Shown here one piece after another: positions 21,523 through 30,106 of a stretch of 30,106 nt of DNA; within the stretch, counting starts at the first letter, position 1; the number at the start of each line of letters is the position of its first letter. This stretch comes from Octopus sinensis (Eukaryota). The notes under the pieces are model-generated. The model had not been told where the DNA came from. It did not search any database and saw only the letters and a list, made by a program, of their open reading frames with translations. The position numbers and the translations under genes were made by a program. The stretch spans positions 1-30,106 of the forward strand of contig NW_021836981.1 in assembly GCF_006345805.1 (NCBI RefSeq). The letters run 5' to 3'.

Positions 21523-21575
<53 letters not shown>

Positions 21576-21710
21576 GTGCTTCTATGTTTCTGGTTCAGTT
21601 TTCAAATTTCTCTTACAGTACAGAAAAAATTCGTCTACACCTCAAAAATCATGGCTCCTTCGTTAGAATTTAGACAACACAAACTAAGCACCCACGTATA
21701 TATGTATATA

Positions 21711-22115
21711 TTTCATTATTGTCCACAAGGGGCCAAACATAGAGGGGACAAACAAGGACAGACAAAGGGATTAGGTCGATTACATCGAAAATGGTACTTT
21801 ATTTATCGACCCCGAAAGGATGAAAGACAAAGTCGACCTCGGCGGAATTTGAACTCAGAACGTAACGACAAACGAAATACCTATTTCTTTATTACCCACA
21901 AGGCGCTAAATATAGAGGGGACAGACTAGGACAGACAAAAGGATTAAGTCGATTATATCGACCCAGTGCAAAACTGGTACTTAATTTATCGTCCCCGAAA
22001 GGGTGAAAGGCAAAGTCGACCTCGGCGGAATTTGAACTAAGAGAAAGTAACGACAGACGAAATACCGCTAAGCATTTCGCACCGGCGCGCTAAGTTTCTG
22101 CCAGCTCGCCGCCTT
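21711..22115 (-). mobile_element. SINE family A head-to-tail dimer, tail b
   Basis: Two arms joined at 21880/21881, the same position as in the 15214-15630 dimer; possible low-complexity TSD TATGTATATA at 21701-21710 and 22125-22134. Confidence 0.9.
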
Positions 22116-22159
22116 CGCCGCGTTTATGTATATATACATCTCTGTATAATATGTATCTA

Positions 22160-23112
22160 ACTCTTTTACTCTTTACTTGTTTTCATTCAGTCATTGACGC
22201 GGCCATGCTGGAGCACCGCCTTCAGTTGAGCAAATCGACCCCATGACTATTCTTAGAAAGCCATAGTACTTTTCTATTAGTCTCTTTTGCCGAACGCTAA
22301 GTTACGAGACGTAAAACACACCAACATCGATTGTCAAGCGATGTTGGGGAGACAAAACACAAACTCACCAACATCTACACACAAATACTTATATATACGA
22401 CGGGCTTCTTTCGGTTTCCGTCTACCAAATCCACTCACAGGCTTTGGTCGGCCAGGGCTATAGTAGAAGACACTTGCCAAGGTGCAACGCAGTGGAAATG
22501 AACCCGGAACCATGTGGTTGGTAAACAAGCTACTTACCACACAGCCACTCCTACGAATATAAATTATATATAAACATAATACGACAGGCTTCTTTCAGTT
22601 TCCATCTATCAATTACTCACAAGGTTGGTCGGCCCGAGGCTACTAGTAGAAACACTTGCCCAAGGTGCCACGCAAGTGGAAATGAACCCGGAACCATGTG
22701 GTTGGTAAACAAGCTACTTACCACACAGCACTCCTACGACATAAATATATATATACACATATATACGACAGGCTTCTTTCAGTTTCCATCTATCAAATTA
22801 CTCACAAGGCTTTGGTCGGCCGAGGATATAGTAGAGACACTTGCCCAAGGTGCCACGCAGTGGAATGAACCCGGAACCATGTGGTTGGTAAACAAGCTAC
22901 TTACCACACAGCCACTCCTACGACTATAAATATATATATACACATATATACGACAGGCTTCTTTCAGTTTCCATCTGTCAAATCTACTCACAAGGCTTTG
23001 GTCGGCCCGAGGATATAGTAGAAGACACTTGCCCAAGGTGCCACGCAGTGGAAATGAACCCGGAACCATGTGGTTGGTAAGCAAGTTACTTACCACACAG
23101 CCACTCCTGCTC
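22160..23112 (-). mobile_element. SINE family B with a tandem array of its 5' half (4 units, period 184-185 bp)
   Basis: TACGAC unit anchors at 22396, 22580, 22764 and 22949; the complete head (minus GGAGCAGGAGTGGCTGTGTGG) is present only at the right end. Confidence 0.92.
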
Positions 23113-23766
23113 CTATGTTAAATTAACTGTTTCGCCAGGATCAAAAGTTACTTTTAGATCCGAGTCATTTCTTCTCCAAATTTTATGCGAGAATATTGTG
23201 TTTTCCAGTGGAGGGTGACAGTGAAATAAGCAGATAAAATGCCACTCGCATCTATTTATGCTGTTTGTTTCTGTTATATTAGCTAAACTTGAAGATAAAG
23301 TCTGGTACGTTGTTTACCTTGTCATTTTGATTTTGTGAACGGATGGGTGGAGGGTTTACCGTTTTATTTTTCTTTCCGGCATGTACTTACCTATCTTTTT
23401 GCCCCGTATATGAGTACCTGTAGATGTTTTTATATCTACTCAAGTATACATTATATATACTTCAAGGCTAAACGCCTGAAATATTAAATATTTAGTTCAG
23501 ATCCTTAACGGCTTGTAATTGCAAATCCCTAATTAGCCATTCTGTCTGGTATTGTGCAGCCCAGTTTCTCAAGAGTGATTACTGAGACAGTTGCATAACC
23601 AAGTACTATCCCCCAATAGTTACAAGTAAAAATACCTAAAAACATAGACCAAGGTTGAAATGAGCAATCTTTTCGTGTTCGACACATTTTCTTATTCACT
23701 AATCGTTAGTACTGCGAGCGTATGCTCTTACATCTGTACGTATGTATATATGTATGGATGTGTATA

Positions 23767-24159
23767 TCTTTATATATAAAAGTGAAGTTGTGTGTCTGTC
23801 TCCTACGATTTAGATTCCTAACTACTCGCACATTTTACGGTGCAGTGTAACCAAAAGCCGGTATCTTATAGTCGTGATTCATATCGAGCCCTTCTGGGTA
23901 TTAGCGCGCGTCTACGATGAGTCTACGATTAAAAAAAAAATTACCATCTTTTTTTCCCATTTTTAATGCATTTTTTGCTATTATATAAGGGAAGTAACTC
24001 TCTAAAAATGTATTATTAAATCTCAGAACGTAAAAAGCTACAGTAACACCCTCCTTTGTGGTTAGCCATATTGAGATGACTATTATACTTTACATCTCTA
24101 AAAATGCTTATATAATTATTTCCCTTACAAACCCGAGCAACGCCGGACGATACTGCTAG
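23767..24159 (+). mobile_element. Complete 393-bp non-autonomous Helitron
   Basis: A|TCTTTATATATAAAAG 5' end, imperfect hairpin CCCGAGCAACGCCGG at 24132-24146, CTAG|T 3' end; sits between A and T with no TSD. Confidence 0.85.
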
Positions 24160-24250
24160 TGTATTATGTATCTTTGTATGTATATACGTACATATTATGT
24201 GTGTCTGTATGTATATATATTTATATATATATATACATGTGCATATATCT

Positions 24251-24435
24251 TGGGGCTGGCCAGATTGGAGCAATCTCAAGATTAATCAGTCGAGGATGAT
24301 CCGGTTCTTGACTGAGGATAAAAGGCTTCGAATGACCCGTCCCAGTTTTTTTGTATCGTCTATCTGGATGTTTTGTTGTCCCCTTTTGTATCACCTAGTT
24401 GTCCGGATGTTTTGCATTCTTGTCCCAATTTGTAT

Positions 24436-24440
<5 letters not shown>
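24251..24440 (+). mobile_element. Dispersed repeat family E, copy 1 (unclassified, possibly Penelope-like)
   Basis: Reverse-complement match to 26091-26250; flanked by TA microsatellites. Confidence 0.7.
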
Positions 24441-24528
<88 letters not shown>

Positions 24529-24539
24529 CATATATACAT

Positions 24540-24580
<41 letters not shown>
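24440..24580. repeat. (TA)n-(CA)n microsatellite
   Basis: Direct reading. Confidence 0.95.
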
Positions 24581-24582
<2 letters not shown>

Positions 24583-25290
24583 CGAGGTCTGGTCAATAAG
24601 TATCTGGACTGTTGCCATAGTAACAAAGCAAAGCACGCAGAGTAAAGCCGCTTGCTTAAGATTGACCTGACCTTGAACTCTGCTATGCATGCGCACTAAG
24701 TTTTACCGTTCTAGTCTCCCGTAAACAGTGCTTGGAAGGAAGGTGGGTAGCGTGTGATCGTCGCATTGACCATGACAAAGAAAGTTGTCATGGGGATACC
24801 TGCTCAGAGGCCTACGTAAAGTTGCAGAAAGTGTATGGAGAGGAGTGTATGAGCCGCACATAAGTGTACGAATGGCTCAGAAGTTTCCGTGATAGCCGAA
24901 AAAGATGTCGATAGTGAAGAGCGTTCTCGGAGACTTACAACCAGCAGAACTGAATAAAGGTGGCGAGCTGGCAGAAGCGTTAGCACGCCGGGCGAAATGC
25001 TTTGCGGTATTTCGTCTGTCTTTACGTTCTGAGTTCAAATTCCGCCGAGGTCGACTTAGACTTTCATTCTCTTAGGGTCGATGAAATAAGTACCAGTTAC
25101 GCACTGGGGTCGATCTAATCGATTTAATCCATTTGTCCTTGTTTGTCCCCTCTATGTTTAGCCCCTTGTGGGCAATAAAGAAATAAGAACTGAGTAAAAT
25201 ATGTGCGTGCAGCTATGAGGGCAGATCGTCGAATGACAATCCATTAGTTGTCAGAGGAAGTGCAGATTAATTACGGTTCAGTTCAGTTCC
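24583..25290 (+). pseudogene. Mariner-type DNA transposon 5' remnant (TIR plus decayed transposase N-terminus), interrupted by a SINE
   Basis: TA|CGAGGTCTGGTCAATAAGT TIR-like end. Translation GDTCSEAYVKLQKVYGEECMSRT*VYEWLRSFRDSRK/DVDSEERSRRLTTSRT, resuming after the SINE as VRAAMRADRRMTIH*LSEEVQINYGSVQ; matches mariner HTH-region patterns. Confidence 0.85.
24954..25185 (+). mobile_element. SINE family A, full length, tail b, 8-bp TSD
   Basis: TSD AGAACTGA at 24946-24953 and 25186-25193. Confidence 0.93.
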
Positions 25291-26018
25291 CCCTCCTTCT
25301 TATCTCTCAATCTCTTTTGCTTTCTTTCCTCACCTCCCTTGTACTTTGTTTATCTCTCTCTCCTTCCCTCCCTCACATTCTGTGATCCCTCCCTCTCATT
25401 ATTTGGTCCCCCTGATTTCTTTCCCCTCTCTCCTATTCCTTTGTCCTTCTGCCTTCTTCAACTCTTCTTCTGCCACGTGTTCGCTCACCGGTTTCTGCAT
25501 TGTCGATCATTTTCGGCTGACCGCCTTTGGGGTCTGTCGCATCTGTTCTGTTCTGTTTCCTTACCCGGTCAGTCAAGATTTTTCCATTTCCTTTTTCCTT
25601 GCGCTAGCTTACTGCACTGTCTGATAGTCAAAAGACTCTGTATGTTTTGATTTAAGTTTGCTGTATAGCCAAAAGGCTTTTGTCCATTGTATGTGTATAA
25701 TTCTATTTCTTATGTTACGTTCGTCCGATAGTCGAATGACCCTTTCTGTTTGTTATTTCCTTGTGTTTGTATATGTACATTCGTTTGCCTTGCTCAAGGG
25801 CTTAATGCCTTCAGCTTAAGCCCTTCGGCGCAACTGGTTTCGAATAGTATCGAAGATTGGGCGAAACTTCGTGGATATTATAGACTCCGACTGAAGAAGT
25901 AATTGGCCGTGAATGTTCCGTGTATCTTGTTTTGTCCTGTTTGCCGTTGTTGTGCTATCGTCCTTTTCCTGCTTGTTATGCTTTGACGATTTCCGTTTGT
26001 GGTGGTTTTTTACATTTG

Positions 26019-26075
<57 letters not shown>

Positions 26076-26090
26076 GTGGTGTGTAAATGT

Positions 26091-26258
26091 AAAAATACAA
26101 ACTGGGACAAGAACGTGAAACATTTAGAAGACGACACAAAAAACACGGACGGGACATTCGAAGCCTTCAATCTTCAGTCAAGAACCGGATCATCTTCGCA
26201 ATTTCGGCTGATTAATCTTGAGATTGCACCGATCTGGCCAGCCCCAAAGGAAAATCTA
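26091..26258 (-). mobile_element. Dispersed repeat family E, copy 2 (inverted relative to copy 1)
   Basis: GGACGGGACATTCGAAGCC...GATTAATCTTGAGATTGCACCGATCTGGCCAGCCCCA is the reverse complement of 24251-24342, with a small insertion. Confidence 0.75.
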
Positions 26259-26259
26259 G

Positions 26260-26340
26260 TGTGTGTGTATGTATGTATGTATGTATGAATATATGTATCT
26301 ATGTATGTATGTATGTATGTATGTATGTATGTATGTATGA

Positions 26341-26373
<33 letters not shown>

Positions 26374-26405
26374 TGTATGTATGTATGTATGTTTGTATGT
26401 ATGTA
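26260..26405. repeat. (TATG)n microsatellite
   Basis: Direct reading. Confidence 0.95.
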
Positions 26406-26590
26406 TATAAGATGTTGCTATAAGATGCTGTACAACTAAGTGCACTGTTTCCTGTAGCAGAAACAGCTGCAAGCTAATGAAGTTGATTACTTAATTCGTA
26501 TCCCTTTGTCATTGAATTATCCACATATGTATATGTATATATATGTGAATGTATGCGTATGCACACACACACACACACAACACACACACA

Positions 26591-26629
<39 letters not shown>

Positions 26630-27034
26630 AACACAAACACACACACTGTAGATGTAATGTTAAGATAGTTATACAGGTCCACGTTTCTATTATGCGGTAT
26701 GTTATCTTTATGTAAGTGGTTATTACATGACTATCGATTCGACCACTATGGTCGCCATGTTTTCAATGTGTATGTACGACTGCGTGTGCATATATATATA
26801 TATGTGTGTGTGTGTGTGTATAGATGCAACTACACACACACACACACACAAACGTACGCATACATTTATGTATTATCAACGTATCCTTGCAAAACTATGT
26901 GTGTATGTGCGACGGACGTATGCATGCATCTGCGTATGAATGCATGTGCATAGGTATGTACGTGCGTATGTACATACGTATATGTATGTATGTATGGCAA
27001 TATATTTTCAAGATAACCAAGTACCATAAGACAG

Positions 27035-27073
27035 ACGACGATGATGACGACGGCGGTGATGTTCTTGTCGGCG

Positions 27074-27122
<49 letters not shown>

Positions 27123-27191
27123 TACTACTACTACTACTACTACCACTGCTGCTGCTACTACTACTACAACTACTACTACTACTATTATTAT

Positions 27192-27224
<33 letters not shown>

Positions 27225-27243
27225 AACTAGCAGCAGTAGCAGC

Positions 27244-27290
<47 letters not shown>

Positions 27291-27764
27291 TAGTAGTAGT
27301 AGCAGTAGTTGAGATGTTTGTGCTTGTTCTTGCTGATGGTGTAATTGTTGTTGCTGCTTGAGGTGGTGGTGGTGGTGTGGTGGAGGTGGAGGCGGTAGTG
27401 GTGGTGGTGGTTGTTTTGGTGGTGGTGGTGATGGGGGTGATGGGGGTGATGTCAGTTACGTATTCCATGCTATAAAAAGTTGCTACGAAGACAGCAGCTT
27501 CCAGTGCAAAAAAACTACTTCCGGTCTGTTCTCGTGGTGGTGGTGGTGGGGGTTTAGAAATTTCATGCATCATCAGAGTTAGGAATGGTTAAAATTAAAT
27601 ATTATTGACGCTGATGATTACGATGATGATGATACGACGATGACACGACGATGATGATGATGATGGTGATGGTGATGGTGATGGTGAACGATGCTCTTGG
27701 CAGTGGCCGCCACGGCTGCGGCTGCTCGAATTACTGAGAGTGCTGCTTCTGTTGCTGCTGTTGC

Positions 27765-27801
<37 letters not shown>

Positions 27802-27830
27802 GGCGGTGGTGGTGACGGTATGGGCGGGGC
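27035..27830. repeat. Triplet microsatellite mosaic (GAC/ATT/ACT/GCT/AGT/AGC/GGT/GAT/GTT)
   Basis: Direct reading; a short unique spacer lies at about 27455-27600. Confidence 0.93.
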
Positions 27831-27840
27831 GTTTGTTATA

Positions 27841-28080
27841 AGGCGGCGAGTTGGCAGAAACGTTAGCACGCCGGGCGAAAGGCTTTGCGGTATTTTGTCC
27901 TCCGCTGCGTTCTGAGTTCAAATTCTGCCGAGGTCGACTTTGCCTTTCATCCTTTCGGGGGTCGATAAATTAAGTACCAGTTACGCAACGCACTGCGGTC
28001 GATATAATCGTCTTAATCCGTGTGTCTGTCCTTGTTTGTCCCCTCTGTGTTTAGCCCCTTGTGGGCAATAAAGAAATAGG
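27841..28080 (+). mobile_element. SINE family A, full length, tail b, 8-bp TSD
   Basis: TSD TTGTTATA at 27833-27840 and 28081-28088. Confidence 0.93.
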
Positions 28081-28088
28081 TTGTTATA

Positions 28089-28400
28089 GAAGTGCTGTTG
28101 CTGATAGTGCTGGTTCTGTTACTGATGTTGTTGTTGCCTGTGGTGGTGGTGGTGGTGGTGGTGGTGGTGACGGTGATGGTGGACTGTAAGAGGTAATGCA
28201 GCTGCTGCTGTTTGTTGTTGTTGTTGGTGGTGGTGGTGGTGGTGGTAATTGACTGTAGAAGATGTTGGCGTTGTTGTAGTTGCTCTTGCTGATGGTGGTA
28301 GTTGTTGTAGAAGTGCTGCTGCAGAGAATGCTACTGATGCTGTTGTTAATGTTGTTGTTGTTGTTGGTGGTGGTCATGGGAATGGAGAAGGTGTTGGTGT
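28089..28400. repeat. GGT/GTT/GCT triplet mosaic
   Basis: Direct reading. Confidence 0.9.
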
Positions 28401-28461
28401 AATGTTTCTTTTAACATAAACCCTTTGTGGTCAATAAAGAAATCATCATCATCATCATCAT

Positions 28462-28595
28462 TATTCCGCCGCGGTCGACTTTACCTTTCATCCTTTCGGG
28501 GTCGATTAAATCAGTACCAGTTATGCACTGGAATCGATGTAATCGATTTACATCATTTCCAGCAAATTTTAGGCCTTGTGCCTATAATAGAAAGG

Positions 28596-28598
<3 letters not shown>
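28462..28598 (+). mobile_element. SINE family A, 5'-truncated, tail a
   Basis: Core plus tail followed by (ATT)n; a tail-b end fragment lies at 28420-28443. Confidence 0.88.
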
Positions 28599-28651
<53 letters not shown>

Positions 28652-28655
<4 letters not shown>

Positions 28656-29345
28656 TAGTTTTATTTTTATAGCGTGCTTTCACTTCACTACCGAGCGCAG
28701 CTCTGTGTGCCTTGGGTATGTGCTGTGATTTGTTGTGATGCTCTGATGGTTATTGTATGGAAAGTGTTCTGCGTAAGATGTGTGCAGTGCCTAGTAGTGC
28801 AATTTTCTGTATGTTATATGTGTTTGTAAGTCCTGGTGTTTTTGTTATGTATTTGTCTGAATATTTTTTTTATCATGCCTAATGCACCTACTATGATAGG
28901 AATTGTTCTGTTTTCAGGTTCCACATTCTAGTTATCTCTATTTCCAGGTCTTTGTATTTTGAGAGTTTCTCCATTTCTTTTAGAGACACGTTGTCATCTG
29001 CCGGTATTGATACATCAATTAGAAAGCATTTTTTCTTCATGATCTCTGACAACTATATCTGTCTGTTGGCCTTAATTTCTCTATCTGTGTGTATCGGCAT
29101 ATCCAGAGTATGGTTGCTTTCTCGTTTTCTGTGACCTTTTCTGGTGTGTGCCTATACCATCTTTTTTCTGCTGTTATTCCATAATGTTGGCATAGCTTCC
29201 AATGTATGTAGGTTCCAACTCTGTCATGTCTGTGAATATATTCCTTCTTAGCCAGGACTGGGCAGCTAGAGATAATATGATTTATTGTTTCTTGTCCATC
29301 TCCACATATTCTGCAGTTACTTGTAATATTTCTTTTCATTACATG

Positions 29346-29348
<3 letters not shown>
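28652..29348 (-). mobile_element. R4/Dong-like non-LTR retrotransposon, 5'-truncated (CCHC knuckle plus RLE), subfamily 1
   Basis: Joined across five 1-nt frameshifts: KHVMKRNITSNCRICGDGQETINHIISSCPVLAKKEYIHRHDRVGTYIHWKLC...TILW/DMPIHTDREIKANR/PDIVVRDHEEK/CFLIDVSIPADDNVSLKEMEKLSKYKDLEIEITRMWNLKTE/TIPIIVGALGMIKK/YSDKYITKTPGLTNTYNIQKIALLGTAHILRRTLSIQ* (stop 28750-28752). About 100-bp 3' UTR; (TAA)n on both flanks. Confidence 0.92.
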
Positions 29349-29406
<58 letters not shown>

Positions 29407-29476
29407 GTTATTATTATCATTATCGTTATCATCATCATCATTATTAATATTACTATTATTATCATCATCATCATCA

Positions 29477-29512
<36 letters not shown>

Positions 29513-29513
29513 T
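29349..29513. repeat. (ATT)/(CAT)n microsatellite
   Basis: Direct reading. Confidence 0.95.
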
Positions 29514-29988
29514 ACCGAGTGATAGAGCAATGCATGCCATCAAGGTGACACTGACGTAAAATATACGAAGCCCAGAATACCCATGAAGTATACCCATCAT
29601 GACTACCTGTCTAATAAGGGTACACCAGGCACATGCATCACAACCATATGTGCGCGACATGGTGATCTCATATCAAGATAAACAGTGCATGACTTTGCAG
29701 GTAGGGCCCAGTTAGAATTTTCTTCAGGTTGAATAGATCATCCCGCTCGAAAGGTTCTTGAATAAGGGTTGTTTAAGGATGTTGAACGAAACACCCATGT
29801 TTCCAAAAGTGATTTATCCAAACCCCAAAGAATTCCTCTCAATACATGGCTATGATGCTCCCCCACTACTTCTGCTCGTGATCAGAGATGCACATATCGT
29901 TAGCCACCAAGGGACATTCTCAACTGGTTCAGGTCAAACAACTGACAAGCAAATCTGTGGTATTGAGCAGAATATTTATTGTAGCTTA
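29514..29988 (-). mobile_element. Dispersed repeat family D, copy 2
   Basis: Matches 15897-16310; on minus it ends in ...GCTCTATCACTCGGT followed by a (GAT)/(AAT)n tail. Confidence 0.85.
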
Positions 29989-30006
29989 TTATTATTATTA
30001 TTATTA

Positions 30007-30043
<37 letters not shown>

Positions 30044-30045
<2 letters not shown>

Positions 30046-30106
30046 GACGGTGAGCTGGCAGAATCGTTAGCACGCTGGACGAAATGCCTAGCGATCTTTA
30101 CGTTCT
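30044..30106 (+). mobile_element. SINE family A head (runs off the window)
   Basis: AAGACGGTGAGCTGGCAGAATCGTTAGCACGCTGGACGAAATGC directly after (ATT)n. Confidence 0.88.

Noticed and set aside
22396-23112. CRISPR-like regular array
   Set aside because: Units are near-identical SINE halves with no unique spacers, in a eukaryotic context with no cas genes.
24312-24340. Hammerhead in family E (CTGAGGA/CTGAAGA...CGAATG; second copy near 26150-26177)
   Set aside because: It has GAAT instead of the GAAA box and no stem I closing next to the core; kept only as a hint in the family E finding.
25339-25990. 103-aa and 92-aa ORFs; possible Penelope GIY-YIG remnant
   Set aside because: The first half is a pyrimidine tract, and the similarity (IVDHF, PVS) is too weak to support without a profile search.
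26824-28377. Long homopolymer-rich ORFs on both strands (up to 235 aa)
   Set aside because: Triplet mosaics read open in several frames on both strands at once, which is not expected of a real exon.
29037-29660. 207-aa ORF as a single gene
   Set aside because: It is a chance fusion of family D sequence, a microsatellite (poly-D/M/I) and the CCHC region of the R4/Dong fragment.

Overview
This is a repeat-saturated eukaryotic window, probably intronic or intergenic. Its repeat families and microsatellite load resemble octopus (coleoid cephalopod) genomic DNA; that assignment is from recognition, not a search. I cannot support any complete host protein-coding gene, and nearly all supplied ORFs are translations of microsatellites. 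Supported content: (1) about 15 copies of one tRNA-derived SINE (family A) with two alternative 3' tails, including two head-to-tail dimers. (2) A second SINE (family B) with a 4-unit tandem array. (3) Two different 5'-truncated R4/Dong-like non-LTR elements with restriction-like endonuclease, both embedded in (TAA)n. (4) A CR1-like 3' end, a mariner remnant interrupted by a SINE, a complete 393-bp non-autonomous Helitron and a second Helitron 3' end. (5) Several unclassified dispersed repeats. The most interesting signal is a ~200-bp non-coding repeat (two copies, 6295-6486 and 12093-12305). On the minus strand it folds into a minimal type-I hammerhead ribozyme of the Penelope-like kind, with a non-canonical A6U core. 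A few unique islands carry splice or promoter-like signals, all low confidence. Homopolymer indels suggest uncorrected long-read consensus errors, at least near 22-23 kb and 29 kb.
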